DNA of 64,000 nt from Chlorokybus atmophyticus. Its lineage: Eukaryota; Plantae; Mesostigma and Chlorokybus algae. This document shows positions 40,571 to 54,194 of this stretch, in pieces. Below the pieces are notes generated by a model. It did not search any database and was not told the origin of the DNA. It saw only the letters and a list, made by a program, of their open reading frames with translations. Each line of letters starts with the position of its first letter. Positions within the stretch are counted from its first letter, which is position 1. The stretch is taken from positions 1,764,017 to 1,828,016 of the forward strand of contig RHPI01003369.1 in the NCBI GenBank assembly GCA_009103225.1. The letters run 5' to 3'. The position numbers and the translations under genes are program-made.

Positions 40571-42939
40571 GAAAAACTCGGCCTCCGCCAGCGACGACGC
40601 CAACAAGGTGACGGCCGCAAACACTGCAACTGCTTGTGACGTGTGCCTGCAGTCGTAGTGTTTGTAAACCCTATTTTTAACTTATATTGTCAAATACTAA
40701 TCAGCAATTTGTTGTATCGTTCTGCGCTGACCAATGGCCAGCGCAGACGAGTAATGCCCACCTTGTGAGTACAAGAGCACATACCGGTATATGCTATTGA
40801 CAAGGATTTCCGATCACATAACGCCCATCGCATTGATGATCGATAATCACGCTCATTCAACTTTGTCGGCGTCTCATTTAGCTCACTTTTTTAGTCATCA
40901 TCGTCTATGTCGATGCATTGCGTGCAACCGGGCAAGTCCAAGAGGTTGCCCTACCGCGGCAGTAGGCGTTTGGTGCATGCGCGTCATGTTTTTTCGTTCC
41001 GCGCGGTACCCTACTAGTCGGTGGGTGTTAACGATGATGATAGTAATAGGGATAGGGCTTAAGGTAGGGACAGTAATACTGATAGTTGTAGTGATAGTGG
41101 TAGGGCGAGTGATAGTTGAAGGGATAGTAGTAGTGATAGTGATAATGACAATAATATGGAATGGGTACAAGACAGGGATAGTATTAGTGACGGTTGTACT
41201 GATAGTGGTAATTTCAATAATAAGGGTAGTGATAACCTATTGTAGTAGTTTAAAAAGTAGTAGTGATAGTGGTAATGCAACAATTGTAGAGGACATTATA
41301 GTGATAGTGATTATACTAGTAATAAAGGTAGTGATAACCGATTGTGGTAATTTTTTAGTTGTAGTGATAATAGTAATATCAATTGTAATGATAGTTATAG
41401 TGATATAATTAATCTAATAGCAGCATAGTGATTTTTATTGCGGCTAAGAATATGAGCGCCGATTGGTAGTAATATCACTATGTCTCAGAAACCTAGTTCA
41501 TTGTACCATAATGATATATTAGATAAATTCAATGGTATGGTTTAATTGATTGGTTGATTACTTGAAATAATAACCTTTCAGCCTCCATCTTGGTTCGTCA
41601 CGCTCATTATACCCACCACCTTTTTGTATATGCATAAAACCTTGTTTATGAGCAGATCGTCATTAAAACTTGCAAGATGGACATGAAAAATGATGTGCTC
41701 TTACTGGTTGGTCATATTTTCTAGGACGAAGGATATACTTCTGAAACGTTTGATGATGTCATATTCTATACTATTAGCGGGGTTAGTCTCTTCTATCCCA
41801 TTTTCTTGGCGGGGGTACATTTTTATTATGGCAGAGTCACAATGGAAACAAGAAGGAGAGACGTTAATATTGTTATTAACAAGCAACAATAAATAAGCTA
41901 GCAGTGCAGCATCAATTGTTACATTGAGAGTATCACTAAATCACGCTTTCAGCATATGTTGTGGTGCCACGAACTCATGGTGATGTTATAAAAGGTGGTT
42001 TATTGTATGCAAAAACAAAACAACATTTCAGCGGGTAATTTACTGCTCTTCATCAAAGTGGAAAATTATCACTTTGCTTCGCTCGCTTTTAACGCGAGAA
42101 AATGTTGATTATATTGTTAAGATTAAAACCATGGGTCATGCAACATGATATGGAGGTTGTCCTTGTGATAACTTTATCAAGCCCATCAACTGCAAGTGAT
42201 AACATGCCTGTGCGTGTATTGTGTCAACGTCCGGAAAGCCTATGCATATGGTGCAGTGAGCCATTGTAACATGTCGAATTCACATGAAGCTTACGCGTGC
42301 ACGTGTACGGATACTTTATCATCATATCGTGATTCATTGTTCTCATTACATGTCGTTGTAGATCGCGGAGTGTCGTCAACCCAAGCTCCTTTCTTGATGT
42401 GATGCTATTGGTCTACCTCATGAGTGTTGCATCGACGTGCTTGGCTCCTTGTCAATGCACAAGTTTACGAGTGCCACCAAGCAGGTAAGTAAGATGCGAG
42501 TTGCAGGCTACCGGCAACACGTGGCTTGCGCATTGCATGAAAGTTTGAGACGTGAGGTGCATAAGCAAATATCGTAGCAAAACCCCGCAAATGACTGACA
42601 TGAACCATGGCATGAGACTCCCCACAGCGTCCCTCGTAGATGCTTCATCCCTGACGTAGGATCTATGCCCATAAACTCACATGGGTGCAAAGAAGACTTG
42701 TGCCACTGCTGCAGTTTCCTAGGTTTTCCTAGCCGTGTTGCATTTCCACACATGCGGAAATGCTCCGAGTGTGACACATGACCTCAACATGTTGACAGGC
42801 CAACGACAACCATGCATGCAACTATGCAAGCACTCCATATCGAACAACTTGCCGCCCAAGTTAAATGTGCATACTAGTATATACAACATCAGCACCTCAT
42901 CCCACATGCTTATTACGCTATAGCAGTGACTACTAGCTG

Positions 42940-45900
42940 AATTAGGAATAGCAGGCGACGGCGCCTCGAGTGGAGAGCCTCCATGCCTTGCTGCAACAAA
43001 AGCCAGACTGGGCTGAAATGGCGCAGCCACGCCCGGCTCATGGACGTGGCTGCGCCATTTGTTGAATTTTCACCAAGTTTGATACTTTCACATCACTGCA
43101 TAAATGGACCCATGTAAGAAATACAAGCACAGCGACATAAGCTGACACAAGAAGGGAACTTCTGCAACGGAAGCGCACCTGACGCCTTGGGGTGTCAAAA
43201 ACAAGAACTGCACGTCCGGTTTCTCGTCAAGTGCATAGCGAATGACCTCGTCCACTGCAATGCGCCGTGCAATGGGATCCATCTGCGAGTACAACAGCGA
43301 TACAGTCAGTAGATCAGCAACGCAGAATGAGAGCATACCCATGATCAACACATGTGCATCAACCAGTCAATGACACTTACAAAGATGTCGAACTCGTCCA
43401 TGGCGCGAAATGGCGACTCGGACCCGCAACCAAGTGCCAATGTAAACGACATGGTTGAGAAAGAGCGCTCCCCACCTAGGATGTTCGTACAAGGAAGTGA
43501 GCATGTGTAGGGTGAACCGCAAAAGGTAACCGCAAAACTGTGACATGTAACGTGACAGGTGCTATGATATGGAGCTGTTGTCACACACCCGACAGGCCTT
43601 TCGTGTCTCGAACAGCGTTTTCCTTGCCACGAGCGGTGTTGACCTGTCAAAGCATAGTCGCATGTTTGTACTACTATACTCATTTCTGTGCAATAGCAGG
43701 GGCATGGAACGCACAATCAGCATACCACAAGCTGGCATGTTTGTTTCTCAAAGTCCACCTCCACCTTGCCGGTCAGACCTCTTCTTGACATGAAGCTATT
43801 GAACCTGTTGATGTCGAGTCAATTAGGCTTTCACGAAGCGAAGCGAATCATAGGATGCTGCATAACCAATGTGCCAATCAACATGCACTTACTTGTGCGC
43901 CACTTCTCCTCTGGTTTGTGCCGCCAAAGCTCTTATGGACTTGTTTCTTTTCGCCAAACTCTCATCGAGCGCCTGTGGACAAAACAATGTTTTGCAACCC
44001 ATGCAGTGCAGCAGGCAGAGATGCGCTGTTGGGTGTTGTGGATGTTTGTTGGGGGGAGGGCGGGGGACCAAATGATGTGCTGCTACTGGCATACCGTTCT
44101 ACAGCTCTCTGCTTGTTCTAATTCTCGACGTCTTTTCTCTGTTCTAACCCGCTGTGTGTTGGTCTTACTCTCCAAATCCTTCAAGCTCATGCCCATACTG
44201 CGCCATACATGTGTCAGACAGCCAAAGAGCACCTTGCGCTAACAGTACTTAAAGAGCGCATTCCTGCTAAGAGCTTACCGTTGCTCTTCCCTCTGGATAA
44301 ATGCCTCAGTAGACTCTAGTTGCCGATTTAAGCGCTCAACAGGCTGCTTTGCTAGTGTCTGATCTACATCGTCCTCGGCACAAACACCTGTGGCTTCTTG
44401 TGCCACCNNNNNNNNNNNNNNNNNNNNNNNNNNNNNNNNNNNNNNNNNNNNNNNNNNNNNNNNNNNNNNNNNNNNNNNNNNNNNNNNNNNNNNNNNNNNN
44501 NNNNNNNNNNNNNNNNNNNNNNNTGCAGGGGTGACCCTTCTCTAAAATTGCATGAAGATGCGCCAGTTTCCCAGAGAGATGACATGTGGCGCAGTAGACA
44601 CGCATAGATACCTGTCGGTGGCTGATGATCTCCTGTACACGCTGCTCAAACTTGGCAATCTTATCAAGGCATTTGTGCTGATCGGCTTCTTTGTCCAACA
44701 GTCTCTGTTTACGCACGATGCCATGACCACTTCAGACCCTGACTCTTACACTGGATGTTCAATTGGCAGCCCTTGGCATGCAATAGCAATTACCTGGTTA
44801 CAGGCGTTGAGAATGTGTAGGGCTTTGTTAAGATTGTTGGTCACCCTGTCATTGCTCTCGGCCGATTCTCTCCCTTTAGCTGTCAGAGGCACATCTGTAA
44901 GAGCTTGGGTGAAGACAAGGCACATGCACACTGTAAGTCCAATAATATTTACCGGTGACAGCATCGAGTTCGCCCCGCTTTGTCTCAAACCGCAACTGCA
45001 ACTTCTCAAGCTTCAAGTTGAATTCTTCAAGCTGATGTTCGAAATTCTCCATTTCCACATCACACTCCTGCAAGGCAAAGTCAGTATGCTGATCAATCAC
45101 AGCAGCCAGAATGATAGATTGTGAACCAGACTACACATGCAGGCACGACCCACACATCACATTGTTGCTTTCAATTGGATAACCACGAAACAATAAGGAC
45201 TCGCCTTCAATCCCTCGTCCAGCTCGCTGACGTCCACCTCATCTGTAGCTGCCTCCTCCATCAACTGGTTCTCGGCACGTTGCAGGGCACCCCTCAGGTT
45301 GGAAAGCTTGCGTTCTTGTTCTCGCCGTTGTTTCTGCCAGATAAACAACAGGATTTCTCAAGTATTTGCCTTGTCTGCCAACCAGATATTTTCAGAGGCA
45401 ATTATCAACAGATGTAAGCCCCACCTGGACAGCCTGTATGTCAAGCATTAGCTGCCTCGCTTGTTCCTCTGCAGTGTGGCGTTCCTGTTCAAGCTGCGGC
45501 TTGGAATTCTGTAACGCATGCACCTCGTGCTCCAGCTGTGGAATCTGCTGCCCAGCATCCACTCCCAGGCGCGGTGGGCGGTTCCCCTGCCTCTGTTGGT
45601 TGATCTCAGAATTGCCACGAAGATAACTGTATCCAGACAACAGTGTGAATGGAATGGAACTTGGACAGACGAAAGCTCAATGGTAGTGGCGAGTAAGGTA
45701 AGATGCATTTACACTGTATGGCGCACTCACAACTTCTCTCCCTCAGGAGTGAAACATTCCTTCACATTGTTACCGCGCTGCCATCCAATGCGTTTCCCCA
45801 GTATATGATTTTCTACCAAGACCTGGCGCTCAACGCCTCCCTGCAAACCCCCAACCCCCAACGACAGGTTGAGCACGCATGCCAACCTTCCATGCGAAGG

Positions 45901-48900
45901 CAATTGCAACAGAGGTACCATTGGTGCCAGCAATTAAATATGCAGTGCTCACGTGATCCACCAAGATGTTAAACGCCACATCGTTTCTGAATTGCAGAAC
46001 ACGAAGGACCGTCAACAAATCGTCTGCTGGTAGCTTGTGCGCTGGGAGATCATACCTGAGCGACAGACACAGCAACACCAAACCATGAGCCTGCAATTGC
46101 ATGCATCGGACTAGAACTGCATGCTGCTGCTTGCCTATAAGAATGGTTACAATTCGTCAGCCCACATGGAGTTAACACAAGAATAAGTTACATTGTTAAC
46201 ACACCGTGGAGTATTCAGCCGGTAGGTAATGACCGTGTTGTCCATCCTCAAGTCTTTCATCAGGTCCCTAAGGGTTTTTGCATCCTGCGCGCTCCCAACC
46301 ACAAACGCCTCCATCAGTCTTCCTGCTGCTTCTTCAACAGCAACATTCCAGCGAGCATCACGCAGCCCCTGCAAATCATTTGGCTCAGCTTTTACACGGA
46401 TTTATTGACACTTCAAACATGTCAACACAAATCACCAGGATATTTCCAGCTACATGCTACTTTGCTGCATAGCTCCGCTCACCAACAGACTGCCGATGGG
46501 TCCGATCGGCAATTCCTTGAACCGTTGTGCATGATGGTTTATTTTGTCCAGCAACGTTGACATCTTGTCTCCAAAGGCATTGACCTGCATGCCAAAGCCA
46601 GAGTAAACCAGAGTAAACCACATGGCAGCATGCCTTGTAGCAAAATATCACAACAAAACATCAACTAATACAAGCAAGGTAGCCCTGCCCAAAAGTAAAT
46701 TGCAGTCTTAAAACAGTTGATACTGTCAAGGATGCACACATGACATACTTGATTGCGCTGTTGATTGCGCATCTGATTCAGGTGGCGTTCCTTCTCTCGT
46801 ATGCTGGAGTCTAACTGCCCCATCTGTAACACACCACATTAATTGACACTGCCAACCACTAGCCAGAGCAATGCCGGCTGCCTTCTATACCTTCCGGTGT
46901 AAGTCATCAGCTACGGTTTTCGCTTCCTCTGCACTGGCTCTTGAATTCCTTTCTTCAGTCTGCAAACTGCGCAAGCACATGGCGTGTGGTGAGCCAGTGG
47001 CCCTGCACCCATTGTTAGTGCGTTTAGGCGATGTACCTGAGGACATTTGCCTCTTGCACACTAACAGCTTCCCGCTGCTCGGTCACTGCTACCTCTTTAG
47101 CTCTACGTTGGTCCTGCGAGTGGTTGCAATGTAAATGGCCAATCTGGTGATAGCGGTGAGAGTTCAGTGTAGATGCTTGCAATCATGACCACTGTGATAT
47201 GCACATGGTGAGGACCAGCTCTCACCTGTGTGGACTGCATAGCCTTCTCCTGAACTTCAGCTATTTGTCGCTCAATCTCTTTACGGCGGTTGCGAGTGCT
47301 GGTCATTTTCTGTTCTGTGTTCATCTTGTCGGTCTTGGCCGCGTTTTTAGCCTTCGACGCCTGAATACATAATTGATGATATGGTCAGTGCACACTCGTA
47401 ATATATCTGCTTTACTTTTCAAGCCAAGGCAGGTGACCAAAACCTGCACTCATCAGCCAGCTGGCACTAATCTTGGACATTATCAGTAGCGTTAAATGAT
47501 GCTCAATACCAAGCCGTTTTGACATACTTACATCATTGAAGGCTTTCTGAGCAACATTCTTCTCTTCAGCATGCGCCTCCATGGCCACAGTCAGTTCTGC
47601 AAGCTCCTCTCGGTAAATCCGAACACCTTCCTCAGCTGCTGCTTTCTCATCCTGTTGGCACATGGAGCACAGTTAGTCCAGCCACACACAAATGCATGTA
47701 TACACCTTGCATTCAGCTACAGTCACCAGCATGCGACAACCGATGCAATGGTTGTTGCGGTATTCACACCTTCGCTATTGTTACAGCATCTTCAAGCTGC
47801 ACGATTTCGGCATTGAGCGATCCTTGGCGTGCGGTTACTTCTTCCAGTCTGGCATCTTCTTCATACACCATCGCCCAAGCACATGCGTTGATTAAAGCGT
47901 GCTGCTTCTGCCTCAACTTGGTCAGCTGCTGTGCCCCCTGAAGCTGGTGCTCATATTCGGCAAGCTTGTGCTGCTCTCTCTCTACATCCGTGCGCTCCAG
48001 CTCCAGTATAGGATCAAACTCTCTAACTGTTTCTTGGGCCAACCGATGATACTCCATGACTCTGTCCAGTAGGGTTGCCTTCGTAAAGAACTGCAACACA
48101 ATAACTGTTCAGGACAAACACTAGCATCAGTGAGCCAACACGTGCACAGATGCATACCTGAAATTTTTCAGTGTCAGTGCCCTGATGAAGAAACACACGG
48201 CTGGCATCTTGTCCCATGACATTGATAGGGTTGCTCACGTCAATCTGTATACAGAGTACATGTGAGGATTGCCCTGGGTGTGCTCTACATGTGTGAGTGA
48301 CATGATCTGGTCCAGACCAATATCAATGTGACAGCACCTACATTGAAGAGATCAAGAAGCTTATCCAATTCAGCTCTGCCTTTGCTGACTGTTTTGCCTG
48401 CAAACCAACAACTTCCATCAGCAACATGCAAGCAGTTACACTCGCTGCTGCAACACGCATCCAACCTGCAGCATCCTTAAGCCTAAACGTAGATGATCCT
48501 GTGTTGATGCGGCGCTCCACAGTAATCTCATCTCCAAAAACATCATGTCGGTATGCGTCTGGCAGCGTGTTGCGCAACGTCACTTCTGCTACAGCATACC
48601 TGCAAAGTTTCAGTTCAGGAACCGACCACGCAGGAGAGCAGAATCCGTCAACAAACAGACACTGTCATCAGCAACTTCTCAGTGTCTTACGTGCATCCGT
48701 GCTTGATGAACTGCGCCATGGAGTTGGCACGGAAAGTTGACCTTGCGGAAGCACCCAAACACACCACAAGTGCAGTGAGAAGCGCGCTTTTGCCACCTGC
48801 GTTGCGAAGCATACAACAGTTAGGTGTTGACAATGGGAACAAACCTCAGCTGATGACTGCACTTGGCTAAAGTATGCTGCCAGACAGTTTACATAGCAGT

Positions 48901-49389
48901 TCTCCACTGCCCATGTCGCCGGACCCAGCGCAAGCCAACTTTGTGCACACACTAACCAGCTCATATTTGGCACGCGCTGTCATGAGCAAAACCTATAACG
49001 CGCCACACGTGTCTTCCAAGTGATTGATGTCACTGCCTTCAGCACACTCAAGCTGGTCGACCATTAGCGTATATAAATGCTTGCCCCTCAATAAGCATGA
49101 GCAGTGGCCATTGGTGCGTCTTGGCAAATTGTTGTAATCTATAGCTCCAGGAGTGCCATTGGTGACAAGACCACTACAGCACAAACAGCTTTGCTTGATT
49201 ATGTCGTTGTTATCTTGACTAGTCAACACACACTGCCAACTTTGCATGCAAACTCAACCATACTAAACTATTGAACTTACTGCCATTCTGGCCAACAACG
49301 AAGTTGACATTGGGGACGAGTTTGGTCTCCAGGTGAGCATGGCACATGAAGTTCTCCACGCGAATCCTGGCCACCGTGCCCGCCGCCAT
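42940..49389 (-). CDS. SMC6: Structural maintenance of chromosomes protein 6; many exons, assembly gap at 44408-44523, 3' end approximate
   Basis: N-terminus MAAGTVARIRVENFMCHAHL...NVNFVVGQNGS, DEITVERRI, NPINVMGQDASRVFL, coiled coils, (S)GGERSFSTMSFTLAL...PFRAMDEFDIF MD, QFLFLTPQ. Confidence 0.93.
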
Positions 49390-49604
49390 TGTACGGCTTT
49401 CCAAACTGGACCTTTTGTTAGCAACCTTCTCACACCCCACAAATACACCCTCAGTCCCTCATCGCCGCCACCACCACCACCGCCGCCACCACCGCCGCCG
49501 CCGCCGTCTGCCCAGCAAGCAAACGTTGCATTCAACGCTCGGCTAGGGTTTGATGGACGGCGCACTGCGAGACGCCGCCGCTCAGCGCAGCCGGGCATCC
49601 GATG

Positions 49605-49659
49605 GCGGGAAACATGCTCCAATTCGAAAATACAACGCCAATCGAAAAAGCGCGGCAAA
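49605..49659. promoter_or_regulatory. Two E2F-type sites in the short divergent promoter of SMC6
   Basis: GCGGGAAA at 49605-49612 and GCGGCAAA at 49652-49659 match the reverse complement of TTTSSCGC. Confidence 0.5.
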
Positions 49660-49776
49660 GGGTGGTGAGACATTATCGCTATATGAATGGATAGGCGATG
49701 AGGTACACAACGCACTCGTTACAAGCATGCAGGGGTGATATTCGCAAGAACAGAGACGGCTAATGAAGGCGTTGCC

Positions 49777-51567
49777 ATGGTGCGGCGGCGGGCGGAGGCG
49801 CGGCCTCCTGAGGCGAGGAGGAGGAGGCTGCAGGAGGGCTGGGACTGGGCCACGTGGGCACTGGTCCTGGGATGCGTCGTGGCTGTACTGTCCGCTGGCG
49901 CCGCCACTTGGCTGACTATCAAGCAGAGGGCACAGTTGGTCAGTTGCTACATCTGGACTGCTGCTGGTGCAGCAGTCCAACATGTTGCTTACACGTTCCA
50001 TCGCTAGCATGTATTGCTTGCAGACTGCAAAGTTGTGCTTAAGACAGTGGCCAGCAGGTTTTCAGAGTGCGCTTGCACAGTGCTGAGTCTTGTGCGCTGT
50101 GCATGAAGAAAACAGTGCATGCGCTTGTTAATCAGTCTGCTTGCCGTATTGCATGGCGGCTCAACTGGACAGCATGTCTGGTGCGCATTAAGTTGACCAA
50201 AGGCATAACGGTGCAACACCTCAGATGGTGTGTGCATGCCGTGCTTGCAATCACGTCTCCTCAGCACGCTGACATGTTGTTTGGTCGATGCTGCCTACTC
50301 CTCACTGCTTACTGCTCCCTGCTTGCCGCTGGCATACTCAAAGCATGCTTGCTTGGCCAGGCTGAGCGCAAAGCACACGTACAGAGCGCGTGGGCTCCCG
50401 ACCAGCGATTGTCACAAGGGTTTGCCAACCTCGTCGTGCAGTCCACTGATGATGTCGTCCACGAGCAGCTTGCTGCTGCCAAGCCACCTGCGGACGCTGC
50501 GACATACGCCAAGCAGGTGTGTTGCCAACGCTTGCTTGCATCCAATCAGCTCTTCAACCGACGTCAAGTACCATCATGGTTGCAGTCACTGCGCGTGCAA
50601 CATATAATGGCTTGGTTCAGGTGCAGGAGCTGTTCATGCAGCATGCTCCGAACATCTCCACGCAAGCACTCCCTTCAGAAGATTTGGATGGCGTGGTGGC
50701 GAGCGGCATCCTAGCTGATCCAGCTGTATTTGATGCATACTCATACGCGCAATTCAAGGTAAAAATGCATGCTCAGCCTGCCATGCATCATGCATCATGT
50801 GTTGTACAATGCACACATAGTATTGCTATAGCTCAAGGGAGCCTACTTCGTTTATGGTGTCTCCCAATGCAGGCTGCTGCTAGGATAATCAAGGATGCAG
50901 CACAACGGCATGCATTGACGCAACGAGTTGGTGAACGCGTGCTGAGCCTCGCTTTATCTTCTTTGGGCTTTGAGCCATCAAACCAGCTGTCAGATATAGA
51001 GAACATGAAGCAAGGGTGAGGGTTGATGGTCAGATGGTCTTTTTTCCATTGAAGTGCTGTGTCATTACACTGCTGCTGTTCTCACAGCGCTGGCGAGATC
51101 GTCACCCAGCTGCAAGAATGGGGCTACGTCACGGACGGTGGCATAACTTGGGATGACGACATCATCAACACATGGACTGCTTCACCACGGCATGGAAAGT
51201 TCCAGTACTGGTGCGTAAGGAAAACAGGTTGCCCACCTTCGGCGCATCACTCTACTCCTATGTGAGTGTTGTGCTCAGCTTATTGCTCTATCATACAGGA
51301 TGAAGCATGCAGCCATTTTGCCTAGTGCACAGAAGTTGTATGAGGAGGAGGGTTTCGCACAGGTGAGTAGCAACAACTTTGAGCAAACATCAGTTGCCGC
51401 GAACAGTAACTATCTGACAACTTGCATTGCAGCATTTCTCATCAAGGACGATAGAAGCTTTCTTTGCAAAGTACGGCGTCGACGCAAGTGAAGATCCTGA
51501 CTTTGACCCGCGCCAGCACCCTGCTGACCTTGTTGTGGAGCAGTGGACTTTGAAAGCTGCAGCCTGA
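49777..51567 (+). CDS. Hypothetical multi-exon protein with an N-terminal TM anchor
   Basis: MVRRRAEARPPE...WATWALVLGCVVAVLSAGAATWLTI, followed by several GT/AG-bounded exons ending ...VVEQWTLKAAA*. Confidence 0.6.
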
Positions 51568-52436
51568 CTGACAACTGGACCCTGTATATATCTCAGCACA
51601 ACAAGCGCAGTTTTGTATACAACATAAGCCTCATAAGCCTCCGGTACCCATGGCGTGCGCATGCTCAACAAATCATGTCGCGCATGGCCAGCTGCTGTCT
51701 GTTCTAGAGGCCAATGGCTGGAATGTGTATCACATGCTCTTCGCTTCTGGAAGAACCGCGCACATGGCGTGCTGCACTCCACTTTGATGTGTAAGACGCC
51801 GCGCCGACCACCAGCGATTTTGTGCCCACATTCTGCGGCGTGGCCTGAGGGAGCACCAGAGTACGCTGCATAATAGAGGGTTACACTAAATAACAGTTGC
51901 TGGTTGTGCTGCAGCTGGTACACCAGTAAATGCCATGCCCCTTGCTGTCACGTACATTATGTGGGGCGCTGTTTGGTGTGTTGTTTGGTGTGTGCAACTT
52001 GTTGAGCAGCCATAGGCTCCCTCGTGGATTCAGGGCACACAGGTGTTACAACAGATTGATTCCTGAGTGCCAACACGATGGACATGGAATGCTGCAGGAG
52101 GCCAGTAAGCAAAGAAAAGACGAGCTTCAAACTTTGTGAAGCTATAAACCCTCCTTGCACTGCTGAGTTTCAGCTACACGTACTCATGAAACGTCATTGC
52201 AAGTAAATGTGACCCAGCATCCGCTTATCGCACAGCGTTACCGTCAGTCCAAGCGCTGGTTGGGCCCCCCAGATCTCTGTTCTCCTACCATTGTGTGTGG
52301 TTTGCTTGCACATCTTTTGCACTCTATTGCTTTATAAAGTACATACAACACTTGCAAGCAACTGATGTGCACATACAACAACTAAGTCAGAACTTTTACA
52401 AGTACAACATGGACCGCAACCTCAGCGCACCCATTA

Positions 52437-53748
52437 TTAAGGATAGTATATCGGCGGCATGCCCACTTTCTCTTGGTGTTTATAGTCGCACATCAAGTGC
52501 TGTGTCTCCTGCTCCTCCACCTTGCGTTCACCCTCTTCAACCTTGCTATTGCCATCACTCACGATAGCAACTAATGAGGGCGGGGGAACAGCTTTGCAGT
52601 TGACATCAATAACAGCCTCCTCATCCCCACCCTGTGACGTGATGACATTGCTGATCATAGAGGTTGTTTTGGCTTCGATGATGTCAGCTAACAGCAATGC
52701 CCCACGACGATGACGGTGAAGAGTGCATTGACTGCAAGCCAGACACAAGGTACTATAGGTTCACTTCCATTGTTGTTGCCTTCTTTGCTGGGCTCGAGCA
52801 GGACCGTCACGCGCTCTTCATGTTCTTGTTGTCTCATTAGCAAAGAGACAAGGAGAAGGTACCCGTCCTGCTTGTTGATGAACACGGAGGGAATGCGGAT
52901 ATCTTGGCTTGCAGTTTGGGCAACCACTGCAACAATAAAAAGCACACTAGTTGAGCAGCTTGGGAGGGCGCAAGTACGACGCATAATTTGCATACTGACC
53001 TTACGTCAATCAACAAAACAGAAGAACAAAGCGCGCGTGGCAACAACACATGCTTGCAAAAACACCTCATCCTTTGTATATTATCAAACATATGCCTGGG
53101 ACCGACACACACATAGCTTGTGTGTCTACTACACAGCTTGACTAGCAACCGAAAAGCACCAGAAGAAAGGTCAACAATGCCGATCACATCAACATTGACA
53201 ACCACAACAACACTTCACAACTGCTTACTAGTAAAGAGGTCTTGGTCAACCTCATTGTTGTAGACGATGGCGGCGACGGCGCCTGCAAGCTGGGCATGAA
53301 GGACTTTATCATGGAAGGAGCATGTGCTCCTCTCAATCAGGGCAATCCAGACCTTGTCGCCGTCATCCTTGTCGGCAAAGGCGAGGCGGCAGCCTTCTCG
53401 GTCAGGGGCGAGTTGGCGCAAGACGCCCTTGACGCCGCCGTCCCTGGGGACAGGCGGGCCGAAGTCGGCGAGGGAGGTGGCGAGGGAGGTGAGGACATTG
53501 TTGTGGTTGGTGGTGTTGTTGTTGTTGTCCACGCTGAGGATGTTGCAGCGGCCATAAGCAATGCCTCCCTTCCACTGGAGCAGCCAAGCCACGACGAACA
53601 CAACAAACGCCCACCATACCGAAAACAACAGCAGGACGCAGCACAACTTGGACAATGACGACCAGCAAGGATGAAGCGGCGGAGACGTCTCCTCCGCCGC
53701 CGCCTTCTCCGCCGCCACGTCGCCCGCAATGGCAAGCGTCACGGGCAT
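52437..53748 (-). CDS. PA-domain membrane protein copy A (RING-less; apparent 1-nt frameshift at 52700-52703)
   Basis: TM, then ADFGPPVP...VWIALIERSTCSFHDKVLHAQLAGAVAAIVYNN...DIRIPSVFI (PA domain), TM and tail. Confidence 0.8.
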
Positions 53749-54194
53749 GGAACGCAGCTTCACAGAGAGGCCCTGCTAGCTGTTGGGCTTAGTAAGGCTT
53801 GGTAAAGCTTACATGTTACGACCATGACATGTAAATGGTTTACAAGTCATTGTCGTGACGTGTAAACTAGCGGTGCGGCTGATTGGGCGTGTGACTGGGC
53901 CGGCCGGCCGGCCGGGAGGCCGGCATTAGGGCACAAAGACACATCACGCGCACTGAGGGCCATCACAAACGGCAGCCGAGACTACATGCCTGCCGCGCAT
54001 ACCGAGCAGCCCGCCTCTCATTGGCTATGCGCCGTTTATCAGCTATCGGCCATTCGATTTGTGTTAAACAAATCTCAACCTTCCAAAGCACATCCCCATA
54101 TTGTGCAATTGCACAAAGTATACGAATGAATAACAGAAATACATTTTAAACACAACATGCACGGTGCACATATGCGTCATGTGTGCGTTATCCA

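Larger units (their letters stand above)
37041..40760 (-). mobile_element. PAT/kangaroo-like DIRS-order tyrosine-recombinase retrotransposon with split direct repeats, 5'-deleted
   Basis: A repeats at 40571-40760 and 37438-37627, B repeats at 37625-37792 and 37041-37206, giving A1...B1-A2-B2 on the minus strand; RT, RNase H and MT on minus, YR on plus; no TSD. Confidence 0.92.

Noticed and set aside
40791-41408. 205-aa Ile/Val-rich ORF
   Set aside because: Low-complexity gtagtgata-type repeat outside the YR element boundary; not a credible protein.
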